Assembly: GCA_964016885.1 (NCBI GenBank)
Contig: OZ024743.1
Span: 44,950,001-45,014,000 of the forward strand
DNA from: Eledone cirrhosa
Taxonomy: Eukaryota
Length of the DNA stretch: 64,000 nucleotides
Direction of reading: 5' to 3'
Shown here: one piece after another, positions 29,278 through 42,883 of the stretch
How positions within the stretch are numbered: position 1 is the first letter of the stretch
Layout of the letters: the number at the start of each line of letters is the position of its first letter
The notes under the pieces: model-generated
Told to the model about the DNA's origin: nothing
The model's input: only the letters and a program-made list of their open reading frames with translations
Database searches by the model: none
Position numbers and translations under genes: made by a program

Positions 29278-29865
29278 AGGTAATTATAACCAAGTTACTA
29301 TGGTTTATCTAGAAATTGATTGCTTATGAAGTGAGAGTTCGCATTACCATTATTCTTACCAGCAAAGGTTTCTAATGTATTCACAAGGTGAGGAGATTTT
29401 GTGGATATTCGGAAGCCAATTAATTATATTCAAACACTTAAAGTAGCACTTTAATGTAGCGGTCCACAAAAATATGAAAAATCTCGGAGATTTGAATACA
29501 GAACGTAAAAACATGGAAGAAGTACAACGGAGCATTATGTCCCATGAACTAATGATCTTTTCCATTGAGCACTCTGTTTTAGTTATCGACATTGAGCTTT
29601 ATCCAAGTTCCACAACTTTTAATCCTTCAATGTATCTCATTGAAGTAACAAACGATAGTTTAATATTTTACTGTATTACTACTGTAGAAATGTACCCAAT
29701 ATCATCATTGACATTAAATTTTATCTTTTGTAAATGATTTAAAGATTACATTAGTTGATATAAAAAAGGAATTAACATTCTTAGTTTAAAATGGTTCCTA
29801 TTTTTGGAATAACGTCTGTGATTTGAGAGAGCGAGGACAATCTATTAATGCAATCTTAAATAAAT

Positions 29866-30001
29866 ACTTTACTTTATTGACCCCGGAGGAAGGATAAATG
29901 GCAAATTAACCTCGGTGAGATTTGAACTCAGAATGTAAAATCTGTAAGTAAATAACATAACGCAATTTGTCCGATGTTCTGACGGTTCTGATAATCCACC
30001 T
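29866..30001 (-). mobile_element. Degenerate SINE family A
   Basis: TACTTTATT, GATTTGAACTCAGA, AATCCACC motifs. Confidence 0.65.
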
Positions 30002-30165
30002 AATTTATAATAGTCAACATAATTATTTAAAGCATTTAAATTTGAAAAGGTTACAATGACACCTTCTGTTACACATTAACAATAACAAGGTATTATGCAA
30101 TGAGGATTATAGTTTATGTTAACTCTTCTCTACCAATCTGTTTGCATAGTAGTACTCTGTATTAG

Positions 30166-30435
30166 GGCGGTGGATTAGCAGTATCGGTAGAGGGTCGGAG
30201 GCCATGCTTTGCAGCGTAGAGTTACGACCCTTTCTGATCTGAGTTCAAATCCACTGTGGAATTTGTACCAAGATCACACAGAGACATACGTTTAAATCCC
30301 ACCGAGCTTAGCGTTGCCTTTCATCTTTACGGGTTCGATAAAATATAGTACCAGTCACGCACTGGGGTCGATTTTAATCGACTTCCCCTACTCCTAAAAA
30401 TTAAATAGGCCTTGTGCCTATATAAGAAACCATAT
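30166..30435 (+). mobile_element. SINE family A, long-tail variant
   Basis: A/B boxes, central domain, extra GGGGTCGATTTTAATCGAC hairpin segment. Confidence 0.85.
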
Positions 30436-31192
30436 TACTATTCTGTATTGGTTTAATTTCTTAGAATAGGGATGAATGTTGAATTTATGGCGCATATAGA
30501 GTTACCGATTTATTCATACCTACACTTTCTGATTGCAATCAATAACAAGTTAGGGTATTCGACCTAGTAGACCTTATAGCTGATATAGAGATAAAGTTGG
30601 TAATTACGGGTATATAAAGGGTTAGTGACGATTTTGAGAATCACTGGTGTTTGAGATTTAGAGTACGTTGCTCTTTCAATAAAATCATAAGTAGTTTATA
30701 AATGTCACCTGACGCTGTGGCAGTTCGCAGAAATTTAGATTCTACAATGATATATTTTATTAAACTTTAACATGATAAATTAAGGTAACAACAGTAAAAT
30801 TGATAAGGTTGCAGAGTTTAATACAACTATTTTCATGAAAATGGCTTGGAAACGAATGAAATCCGCAAAGCCGATGTCATCTAAATAAGTTAAATGGCTT
30901 CTTATAGGCAGTCTTTCAAATTTATTGTGTATAATCTTTCCTCTACGGTTATGTTTTCATATTTAAATTTTATTTTCTGTATCTACGGAGGCATTCAATG
31001 CTAGTTGTTAGTAAGTAATTTCAAAATTGATTTTAAAATTTCCAAACCACGTTCTGACATTGAAGCCTCTAAGAAAAGATGTCATGAAATACAGAGCATA
31101 TGTAGCTATGTCTTCCTAATCGTATATTTGGAGAAGTTAAATAAAGGTGGAATTAGTTATAAATAGTTTATAAGATAACTTCGATTAGCATT

Positions 31193-31380
31193 GCGGTGAA
31201 TTGGTAGTATCGGTGGAGGGTCGGACATGCTTTCCAGCATAGTTACGTCTCTTTACGATCTGAGTTCAAATCCCGCCGAGGTTAACTTTGCTTTCATCCA
31301 TACGGGATCGATAAAATAAAGTACCAGTAATGTACTGGGTGATTTCTGGCTTTATGCCAAAAGTAGAAACAATTATTATT
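31193..31380 (+). mobile_element. SINE family A
   Basis: Full-length match to the other copies, (ATT)n tail. Confidence 0.9.
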
Positions 31381-34300
31381 GTTGCTTCAAAGTTTCGGTG
31401 AACAGAATGGCGTGGTGCGAGAGATGCGCTGACAGAACCAATTCACTTGGCAGGTCTTCCATTTATGTATGTGGAAAGAGAGAGTTCGGACACCCAAGAA
31501 ACCAAATAAATAAATACAATAGTTTCTAAACTGGGCACAATGCTAGAGATTTGAAGGAAGAAGTTAATCGATTAAATTGAGCTACATGTTTATCTGTTCC
31601 TTTATTTTATTGAACGCGGCGAGCCGAAGAACAATGTTATTTGAACTCAGAACGTAAAATTATAGTCATAACTAAAGAAGGATGGAATGTAAATTTGACA
31701 CCGGTGGGGATTGAACTCAGAACGTAAATGATGGAACAAAGCCTGAAATGGATACAATTCCAAAATAAACAAAACATTAATTATCTGCAAAAGTGACAAA
31801 CAAGGGGAAAGTATATCTAATGTTATGTCTTATTTTTTTTTTATTTCATTGTCAATTCATATTTCTCCATTCATTATGACTCTCCGCCGACAAAACGGTA
31901 CAGAAACTATGTGTGATAAACTATATAATATATTTCTAAAAGTTAACATTTTCATTACTTCACATTTATCACAATTAAACGGCTTGTAGCGAGAGATAAA
32001 AACACGCATCAGTTTAATATACTTTGTTTTAAAAGACTGTTTGTAATGTTTCTTGATCTCAAAATTATTGCTTGCTTGAAGCAAGGTTTTTAAATCCATT
32101 AAGATGTATCTAGAGATTCTTGTAAGCTTGACATTCTCAGAATTTTATGATGTGGAATATAAAAATAAAAAACGAAGAATTAAATGGAAATGTTATTCAA
32201 ATAATTTCAGTGAAGTGCATCGTTCGATCGAGCCTCTTATAAGAATATTTCCTCTTTTATATCCAACTAAAGTAACATAAATTTTTCAAAAGTTTTATTT
32301 CTGATTTGTTTTTCAATCACACGACAAACCTTCAAATTTGTAAATGCGGATCTAAAACCACTTGGGATTAGACATGAAATATAAAATAATTAAACGAGTG
32401 TTTAAAACTATGTAACTTAATCGGAAAAATAACTACGAAACATTTATAGGATAGAGAAATATATCGTTATTCAAAAGAAAGAAAGCAATCGAAATTGCAT
32501 TTAAAATGAATGAATCTTAAATACATAAACAAATTAGTAGAAATATTTTTCATGAACCAAGCAGGAAAACAGTCAGTTATCTCTCAGAAATCTTTCAAAT
32601 TCTTCTCAAAGCAAAAACATATTGATAGCTACATATGTATGTTTTTAAATCTTCATACACGCACTGAAAGACAATTTTATATATAGACAGATACTCATAC
32701 AGAGAAAAACAGGTTAACATCTACAAGATGCCGGGCTCTTTGTGACAAAATACTGGGCTGTTAATATTTATAACTATGACTAACCCTTTCTTCGTGAGGT
32801 CTCTTAATTCTTAGGAACTAAAATAGATGCAATGAGTTAAGGGAGGGAGAGATAAAAGAGAGAGAAAGCAAATAATTAATTTACATGCTTTTGAAGTCAT
32901 ATGAGCATAGTAATGACATATAAGCCTATATGTAATCACTATGCTCATATGACCTGAAACAACCGATTTCTCTCAAAGAGAAAGGGATAGCGAGAAAAGG
33001 GAGATGAAGAAGATTCGGACGCTGTAATGAACTTGTACTATATTTAACGCATGAAAGGAAAATTTCACCCCGGCTGGAATTGAACGCAAAAAGCTACAAT
33101 ATATACTGCGAATTATTCTATCCAACGCCCTACCCACTCTATTAATTTGGTGTCTTACTATAATTAATTAGAAACTGTTGGTGGTCATTCTAAATAATAT
33201 GTCTCCCTATCTAAACGAGGTGAGACGAGTAGGGGTCACAACTGAAATAGACGGGCATAAAACGTGAGTTTGAATGAAAGTAGCCCACATAAAACAACTT
33301 TGGAAAACAGCAATTCTGAGACGGACCTGTATTCCGTCCAAGGAGGTGTTTTGTACATTCAGAGATTTAACCAGGATAAAGCTCCGGCTTTATGAATCTC
33401 TAGGCTGGATACAGACAATATTAACTAACTGGGTTCTATCACTCCAGAAAGAGTTTTACATCGCGTTTATTCACCATTGCATGTATTTCCATGTTCCCGG
33501 GTACCAACCATTATTAGATTGTTGTGGATCCTATATTTTTATAAGATTCTTTGGCGTTTGTTTTTGTGCTATTACGTTTCTAATAACCTTGCTAGCTTTC
33601 ATTACGATGTCAGTGTATTCGTTTATGACCATGTAAAATGTTGTACTGGATAACATGTAGCAGCTGCACTGAAAACAGCCTTGACATTGGCAACAAAAAT
33701 CAAATCCAGCTTTATCAGTGTTAAGAAAAACCAGGATAAATGAATGTAATTAAAGCCAGTTCTTGCAATGAACACAATATATCGATGAGGCAAGGATCTC
33801 ATATGATTCCATATCGAGGTAACGATATAACGATAACTCAATTAATATCATGAAACATATATTAGAAAACTCATACGGTTATAAATTAACACAGAAAATC
33901 AGAGAGTTATTTAATCAGAAACTAGCGAAACATATTCACTACCAATACTAGAGAGCGAATAAAAGAAAATATCTAACTCTATGCATAAAAAAGGAAAGTG
34001 CATAATGACAGTTAACCTCGGGTCATGGAATACGTTAATATATTTAATTCCTCGAGAACAATGTAAAATATGCGTGTGGGGTTTTGTACGAATACATATT
34101 ATATATTCCCCTTTTAGAGAGTATCTATGCATGTGAAAGGGAATAAGCAATGGTGTACTTGGAAAAATAGAAGAAGAAGAAGAAGAAGAAGGAGAAGAAG
34201 AAGAAAGACAGAAAGAAAAAAGGAAAGAAATAAAATTCGCCAAACATGTGCAGAGAATAAGACAAAAAATTACAAACATGAAATACTGCTAACCTGACAT

Positions 34301-34985
34301 GGACACAAATGAAGGGCATGAACATGGATATATATTGACATTTGGTTAAAAATAATAATTCCATTTTTCGTAAGCTACGGTTTGTTTTCTTATTTACGTC
34401 ACATGCAATAATTCTTCGGTAAATCGCAATCCATTCTGTGTTGAGATGACATTCTTCAGAAGATTTAAACTCCATCAGGATTTCACTTTGTTTTCGTCTG
34501 CCAACTACATTACGTAACCGATTTATTTCCGCATACTTTTCCCCTTCCAGCTATATAAATCTACTAGTTGAAGATAGCGCTTTTGTATTTAAACTTTTTT
34601 TTTTAAATGAATGTATTTATGAATTTATGTACTGTACTCATCATAGCCACTGAGCAGGAAAGACCGTGTTCAATAGCCCATAGGTGCATCTCACTGTAAA
34701 ACATATGTAATAACAATAGTGATATATAAACGTTATGTTCAGAATTGCAGAAATAATGACAGTAACAGCGGCAATTCTTTTGTAATAAAGGATTAACAGA
34801 TTTTGATGTATAAAAACATATTCTCTTCCGACGTCCAGTTAGAAAACAATCATGTTTCAATAAACTATAATCAATCAATATATGAAATGCAGGTCACATC
34901 AAATAGCAGCATTATTAAAGAAATGTTGTTCAGTGCAGCATTATTGTAGTTGCCATGGAAATCTCATAAAATATATAGAATAAAA

Positions 34986-35194
34986 TAATTTCTAGTATAG
35001 GCACAAGCCAGTAATTGGGGGAGGGGGTCAATTAAATCGACCCAGTTCATTACTGGTACTTTATTTTATCGACCCCGTGAGCATGAAAGGCAAAGTTAAC
35101 CTTGGTGGGATGTGAACTCAGAACGTAAAGGGCCGTAACTCTATGTTGCAAAGCATAGTGTCCGAGGCTCTACCGATTCTGCTAATCCACCGCC
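34986..35194 (-). mobile_element. SINE family A, long-tail variant
   Basis: Reverse-complement match to 30166-30435. Confidence 0.88.
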
Positions 35195-35230
35195 TAATAA
35201 TAATAATAATAATGATAAAAATAATAATAA

Positions 35231-38100
35231 TTTCTTTATTGGCCACGAGAGCCGACATATAGGGGGCAATACAAAATACTGGGACAGTGGGGGAGGGGCA
35301 TTATATTTACGTGTAAATATAAATAACAATAACAAAATAACAATAAAAATACAACCATTCTCCAGTTGAGAGGATAACCATGCGACGCTTCGAGGGCACC
35401 CGGGAAGGGTACCCCTCTCCTGCTCAAATTAACCAACCTACAGGCGCATGCTGAGACTAGGCCTATTCACACAAGCCATTCTCACCACATTCACCCACCT
35501 TTTAGAAAATGTACTGGGCGGGGGGGATCACGTCTCACTCCACCCTCACCTTCCTTTCCAAGTGAAATTTAAAAATGTTGATGAGGGATTAGCCGAAAAG
35601 AAAAATGTCTGTCTTCAGTCCTTTCAACCTGGTCCACCATACAACCTCTTTCGCTACTACCACCAGGCAGAGGAAAATTGCCTGTCCAAAAGAAGGCGGC
35701 GGGCCGATCTTCACTATGGACTCGGCCGATAGCCAGATCCGTTCTACACGCGGCAACAGCTGCTCTACATAACTCCATAAGTCAGTAATGCACGGACACT
35801 GGACGAGTGCATGCAGAACGGTTTCGTCGCTCTGCGCGCATCTCGAGCAAGTCCGTTGGACAGCACTTCCGTGCCTGTAGAGTTTATCTCGAACCGGCAG
35901 TGCCCCTGGTAGCATGCCAAGCGAGGGATTTCTGGAAGTTATCCGTCGTCCCCGGCTCGAAAGTCCTCCGGAACAGGCTTGTCAGTTCGACTTGGTCGAT
36001 GCCCAGAGCCTCCTGCGAGTGCGACGTCGCACTTGCCCACAGCTAATCTTCAATAGAACTTGAGAGTGGTAGTTCGACTCACAACATTACCCGCCAGGAA
36101 CATTCCAGACGTCAGGCACTGTCTAGGTCTCTTCTTGTCCCAGGACTTCAGCTCAGTCAAAGAGCTGCGGAAATGCCCGTCTGACAAACGGCGAGCGCAC
36201 ATGTTCATTGTTTAGGCAGAATATCTGGGAATGCGGCAGCCTCAACGCATGTTTGCACATCATTAACCACGCCATGCCCAGCCCTCCACACACAGAGGGC
36301 TGGAAGCAGATGGACCGCCTTACCAACGGATCCTATCCTCCCCACAAGAGATTTGAAGAGGAGCCATTCCAGTCTGGTGAGGCGCGGTTGAGGGTAAGGT
36401 ACGACGGACATGATATGAGCATTCACCACATCCTCCCGACATTTCAATGTTAGCTTCCTCGCAGCCCATTTCTGGGTGAGACTAGCTACGCTGATCGTCA
36501 CCTCGTTCCAATTCAACCTGGATCTCTGGTCCGAACCAAACCCCGAGCAGCGCCCAGCGCCCAGAGACGTTGTTGGACGGCATGGACTTTCCTCTCCAGG
36601 TGCCGAGCTGCAAGCCCACCGACTTTTCCGGGTTAAGTTTCGCTCCCGTCAATCTTTCATATTCCTCCAATAAGGTGCCGACCACCTCGATTTCCGAGGT
36701 GCCAAACCGCATCAGAGTGATATCATCCGCATAAGCCAACACAGCCTTTCTGCGTCCTGTTTCGAGCGGGATGCCCTGCAATGGCTCCAGCTCTGCAGTA
36801 AAGGCTCGAGAGTCAATACGTATAGAAGGGAGGCGAGTCGGCACCTTTGACGGACCGATCGGGATATCTGAAACGGTTCCGAAAGGTGGCCATTAACTTT
36901 GACCACCGAACAGACGTCGCTGTGCATTGCAGCGGTCCAGCCTCTGAGGACGAGACAGAAGCCAGCTGCCTTGAGGACAGCCTCCAGATACCGACGGTCG
37001 ACCCTATCGAAAGCTTACGATAGATCTAAATTGATCTGAGCCCCACCAAAGCCATGGTTGCAACTTACATTCTTTATGATGTATCGCATGAGGAGAATAT
37101 TGTCATCTATGGACCTAGTCGGGATTGCACAAGTTTGCGCCTCCCCTGCCAAATCCTCGGCGTAGGGCAGACCATCGAAAGTGACTTGCGCCTTGTGCAG
37201 CGGACTAGGGTATCCTGAATCTCGGCTGAAGTTATCGGCCTTTCGCAGCGCTGAGCATCGGCCGTTGATGTATGGACTGAAGTCTGCCACCGTCTCGGAC
37301 TCCCCACTCCTCCCAAACAGCCGTGAAAGTGCTGGCGAAAGGCCTTACACATCTGTCTGGAATCGTTCAGCTCGCGTCTGTCTCGGTCCGTCAAAAGCCG
37401 AATTGTCGTTTTATAACCACACTGCGCCTCTGCCACGCGTGCCCATTGAACAGCTTTGATTCCCTCCGTTCTCAGAGCACGCGCTTTAGCTCCGAAAATA
37501 CACCTCGTGTTTCGCATAGAAGAATTGGTTTAAAGCCATTCTCGCCGCTAGCATGTCAGTTGCAATGCCACTACAAATAGCCTCTTCTAATTTAGCTACC
37601 AGCTCAACCGCTTTCTATTTTTATCTAACGTTATATCTTTGCTAAAACCTATCGAAATTACTCTAATCTCTCTTTGAGAGCCCATCACCACCAGTTGTTG
37701 ACGATCCTCCCCCAGTCAACTTTTGCTTAACTAAATTGTTGATCCAGTCCCTGTAACTCTTACGTGCCGGAAACGACATATTTATCTTCCAGTAAGGTAT
37801 ACCATACCGATCACCAACTTGTTATCTGAATAGGTAACTGTTTGAAAACGTGGACAACCTACATTATTCTTATCTATTGTCCTAATGAAAAACGTATCTA
37901 TATACGATCTAGATGACTCTGTGCGGCTGGTCCAGATCCACACTGGCGCATTAGGGAAATCTAGTCAGTACCTGTCAGACAGTTGGGAGTAGCTCAGCAG
38001 GTACTTGAGTATTTTGCCCCCCCCCCCCCCATTCTCCTATCAGCTACACCCACACAATCCCAGCGCGGCGCGCGTCTAAGATGAAATGCTGGTCTCACTG
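35231..38100 (-). mobile_element. L1/Tx1-type LINE ORF2 remnant with deletions, 3' end in (TAA)n
   Basis: AQTCAIPTRSIDDNILLMRYII, AYADDI, EKSVGLQLGTW, CSRC..SDETVLHALVQC, YWKIN. Confidence 0.88.
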
Positions 38101-38230
38101 ACGGCCATCATATATATATCTTAGAGATCTGATGTCGATGAGCAGGTGACCCTGCTTCCATGATGACCTATGCAAAGCATGGTGCCTGGCGCTTTACTGA
38201 TACTGCCAATCCACCAAATTATAATAATAA

Positions 38231-39174
38231 TCTATATATATAAAACTGTGGTTGTCTGTCTGTCTATCGATTTTTGGCACACATCTCCTCTTAGAATCTC
38301 TCACGGAATTGCACCGAATTTGCTATACTTGTACATTGAGCCCTAGCGAAGACATCGGAAAAAAAATATTTCAAATTGACCCACCCTATGTGACGAAATC
38401 GAATATAATGTATCGATTTTTGAGCGTAAGTTATCAGTTATTTCCCTTTGTTCTGTTTACATTGAGCGTCTTACGTAAAAAATTACACTGGCTTTCTCAG
38501 CGTTTAAAATGACATTAACACAATACACGAACAGTTGAACACTAAGCTTCCGTTTTGCTTCATTTCCATTTAAAAGCATTTTAAAACAATATTTTTACTT
38601 GAAAACAAGTCTATTTAAAGACTACGTAAAACAAGCAAATATTTCGTCGTTAGGCGTGCAGACAGACAGTCGTGCAGACAGACAGTCGTGCAGAGAGGTG
38701 ATATAGGCGTGCAGACAGATAGTCGTGCAGAGAGGTGATATAGGCGTGCAGACAGACAGTCGTGCAGAGAGGTGATATAGGCGTGCAGACAGACAGTCGT
38801 GCAGAGAGGTGATATAGGCGTGCAGACAGACAGTCGTGCAGAGAGGTGATATAGGCGTGCAGACAGACATAACTGATAATTTGGTTACGCTAATGTTTTT
38901 CTCTGCGTTGCAGTGTTTACATTTTCGATCTTTGTTAATAAATAACCAGTGCAGTTTCTATCCCCAGCATCCTCTTTTGTTATAACATTCGGGTTATCGT
39001 TATGTTTTCTTAACTTCATAAGGCATATTGTTGGTTGGGGGAATATTAATCAAAAACACCACATGCAAGTCTGCACAGTAGACACTACAGTGTTTAAGCC
39101 AAAAAAGAAACTTAACATTGTAACTTTAACACAGCTACTGAGCGACCCCGAGCAACGCCGGGCTTTACTGCTAG
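38231..39174 (+). mobile_element. Non-autonomous Helitron, copy 1, with 37-bp minisatellite (38652-38868)
   Basis: 5' TC, 3' CCCG-AGCAACGC-CGGG hairpin then CTAG, A|T insertion site, no TSD. Confidence 0.85.
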
Positions 39175-39177
39175 TAA

Positions 39178-40069
39178 TCTATATATATAAAACTGTGGTT
39201 GTCTGTCCGTCTATCGATTTTTGGCACACATCTCCTCTTAGAATCTCTCACGGAATTGCACCGAAATTGCTATACTTGTACATTGAGCCCTAGCGAAGAC
39301 ATCGGAAAAAAAATATTTCAAATTGACCCACCCTATGTGACGAAATCGAATATAATGTATCGATTTTTGAGCGTAAGTTATCAGTTATTTCCCTTTGTTC
39401 TGTTTACATTGAGCGTCTTACGTAAAAAATTACGCTGGCTTTCTCAGCGTTTAAAATGACATTAACACAATACACGAACGAACAGTTGTCGAGCCAGCAA
39501 AATATTGACCTGCAAAATTCATCAGTTCGAACACTAAGCTTCCGTTTTGCTTCATTTCCATTTAAAAGCATTTTAAAACAATATTTTTACTTGAAAACAA
39601 GTCTATTTAAAGACTACGTAAAACAAGCAAATATTTCGTCGTTAGGCGTGCAGACAGACAGTCGTGCAGAGAGGTGATATAGGCGTGCAGACAGATAGTT
39701 GTGCAGAGAGGTGATATAGGCGTGCAGACAGATAGTCGTGCAGAGAGGTGATATAGGCATGCAGACAGACATAACTGATAATTTGGTTACGCTAATGTTT
39801 TTCTCTGCGTTGCAGTGTTTACATTTTCGATCTTTGTTAATAAATAACCAGTGCAGTTTCTATCCCCAGCATCCTCTTTTGTTATAACATTCGGGTTATC
39901 GTTCTTAACTTCATAAGGCATATTGTTGGTTGGGGGAATATTAATCAAAAACACCACATGCAAGTCTGCACAGTAGACACTACAGTTTTTAAGCCAAGAA
40001 AGAAACTTAACATTGTAACTTTAACACAGCTACTGAGCGACCCCGAGCAACGCCGGGCTTTACTGCTAG
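39178..40069 (+). mobile_element. Non-autonomous Helitron, copy 2 (fewer 37-bp units)
   Basis: Near identical to copy 1, same termini; separated from it by TAA. Confidence 0.85.
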
Positions 40070-40503
40070 TATGTGATAAAATACTTTCTTCATTCTGCTG
40101 AAATTGATTATCTTCCAAGAATTCTAAACCTCATTTTTAATGTTTTTTTCAGATATGTGTATGTAAACTTGACTTGTACATCGCCTTTCGTTATTTCCTT
40201 TTTCCAGTCACTTCTATGAGCCAGCACACTTATCCTTGCCCTCCTCCTCCACATTCAATTTTTTCTATATTTCATCTCCCTGCCACCCACCTTGTGGAAT
40301 GTCTCACTGTTGACCATTGGCCGCTGGTCTCTGTCCTCTCAGCCATATTTGCCCATCACTGTCTTTTACAGTAATTTGCTATTTTAACGGCTGTCCTAGC
40401 GATGAGTTTCCTCATTTTTATAAATTCAAATACACTCTCGCTTCATCTCGATCAGAGACAGCATTGTTTTGTTTTTCATTATATGTACATATATATATAC
40501 ATT

Positions 40504-40579
<76 letters not shown>

Positions 40580-40682
40580 AATTTATTAATACGTTCCATA
40601 TGGTTGAGTAAAAAAAATGGCTGAAACTGACTGCTTCTTCTAGCGGCACACACACACACACACGCACACACACACACACACA

Positions 40683-40713
<31 letters not shown>

Positions 40714-40734
40714 GCACGCACACACGCACGCACG

Positions 40735-40804
<70 letters not shown>

Positions 40805-40909
40805 TATGTGTTGTACCTGTTGACCGCAAAAGTTTGCCGACTATTTAACGTGTCAAAATAAGATTCTAAGTTTGATACATATGGTCTTGCATTATATAAA
40901 AGTTTAAAG

Positions 40910-41096
40910 GGCGGTGGATTGGCAGTATTGTTAGAGGGTCGAACGTTATCCTTTGCAGCAAAAAAGTACGGCCCTTTATGGTCTGAGTTCAAATCCCGCC
41001 GAGGTTAACTTTGCCTTTCATCCTTACAGGGTCGATAAAATAAAGTACCAGTAATACACTAAATAATTGCTGGCCTTGTGCCAAAAATAGAGACAA
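40910..41096 (+). mobile_element. SINE family A with TSD
   Basis: TTATATAAAAGTT on both flanks. Confidence 0.9.
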
Positions 41097-41134
41097 TTAT
41101 ATAAAAGTTGAAAAGGGAGAATTATTTTCTAATT

Positions 41135-41605
41135 ATTTGTATTGTTGCTCCGAAATAGCGATATACATATGGATGTAGGTATTGTATATTTAATAATATA
41201 TTGGATGATTATGAAAAAACATTTTGAAGGCCTTTCGCTATGAATCTTAAGGTTATGACGAACGTCACATACCTAGCTTCAGCAAAAGCAGGGGGAAGTT
41301 ATAAGATGCCACCGTTTCTCACTTATAAGTGGTTATCAAAACTACATACCTCCCCGATTTTCTGAAGCTAAACTAAGCCGAATTCGTATAGAATTCTGTT
41401 TATGTTTATGAGCTGATGAAACACATTTGTATGGAGCTGTAGCCGACTCGGCATCAATTAAAAAATGGTATTGGTGCTCCGAAATAACGATAAACATATT
41501 AATGAATGTAGTGTAGTCCCAACCATAAAATTCTCAGCGAAAGGCCTTCAATATGTTTTCCATAAGCATCCCATATATTATTAAATATATAATACCTACA
41601 TTCAT
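41135..41605. repeat. Old foldback element with nested inverted repeats
   Basis: 41169-41259 is inverted at 41516-41605 (diverged); inner inverted repeat 41275-41305 / 41340-41370. Confidence 0.65.
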
Positions 41606-41929
41606 TTTCTATATGTATTTTTACTATGTAAGATATGTTCGAAACCGGAATGACAAATTATTTGATTAGGAAATGACAAAGGCAGTATCCACTGACATTA
41701 TTATTTGACACCTGGTACACATGGTAACCAAAAGATGATTCCTTCTTTATTTTTACTTTATCTTGTGTAAGTTCTCGCTTTTCCTTTCCAATTAATGCAA
41801 GATTGTTTCCTTATAATTGTTCTACGAATGCTTTTAGACATATTCTCAGAAACATTATGGAGCAATAAGATACAATAGGATCAAGTTTCATATACACAAG
41901 TCTGCGTATATGTGCGGGTCTTTGTACGC

Positions 41930-42495
41930 CAGTTTGCGTGTATGTGTATGTAAGTGTGCGCAAGGGATGGTAAGTGTGTATGATTGTGTGTATGTGTGTA
42001 TGTGTGCATGGGTGTACGGGCACATGTGTGTGTGTGTGTGTAAATGTGTGGTCATGTGTGTATTTATGTATCGCATATCTGAGTGTGATATCTGGAAGTG
42101 TAGGTGTGTATATATGTATGTGTAAGTATGCGTACGTGTGTGATTGTGTTCGCGTATGTTTGCACATGTAAGTGTATGCATGTGTGTCTATGTGTCTGTA
42201 CGTGTTTGTATGTAATTGTGTTTAGGTATATGTATGTGTCTGTATGTTCTATGTATGTATGTATGTGTCTGTATGTTCTATGTATGTTCTATGTATGTAT
42301 GTGTCTGTATGTTCTATGTATGTATGTGTCTGCATCTTCTATGTATGTATGTGCCTGTATGTTCTATGTATGTGTCTGTATGTTCTATGTATGTATGTGT
42401 CTGTATGTTCTATGTATATTCTATGTATGTATATGTATGTATGTTCTATGTATGTCTCTGTATGTTCTGTGTATGTGTGTGTGTCTGTATGTTCT
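41930..42495. repeat. Degenerate (TG)n/(TATG)n and TATGTTC repeats
   Basis: Direct reading. Confidence 0.9.
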
Positions 42496-42883
42496 TATCA
42501 GTATTATCTGTTATATATTCTTTCTCCTTCTTCTCTATTAAGAGACACACTTCCTCTAGGCGTAGCTTTTCCATTATATTTTCAATTTTCTTTTTAAATT
42601 GGGAAACATCGAAAGCTTCCACGACTGTAAGCTTCGAACGATGATTTCGATAAAAATGCCCATTTGGAATTACTTCACTCCTATATAAATGCATTTGTAA
42701 GCTTTTGAGTTGTTGTTATTTCATTCTTACTGAAAATAAAGAAATAAGAAAAAAAAGTGATAAATAACGAAAGAAATAGATAGATGGACGGATAGACAGA
42801 CAGGCAGACATACAGGCAGACAGACATACAGGCAGACAGACAGACAGACAGACAGACAGATAGATAGATAGATAGATAGATAA

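Noticed and set aside
26400-34900. Possible host exons (e.g. minus-strand AG/GT-bounded 28138-28164, donor near 29355, ORF 33274-33636)
   Set aside because: No recognisable protein similarity or consistent exon chain; needs RNA-seq or homology search.
38652-38868. 37-bp repeats (and 24-bp repeats at 51632) as a CRISPR array
   Set aside because: Contiguous units without unique spacers, eukaryotic context, no cas genes.
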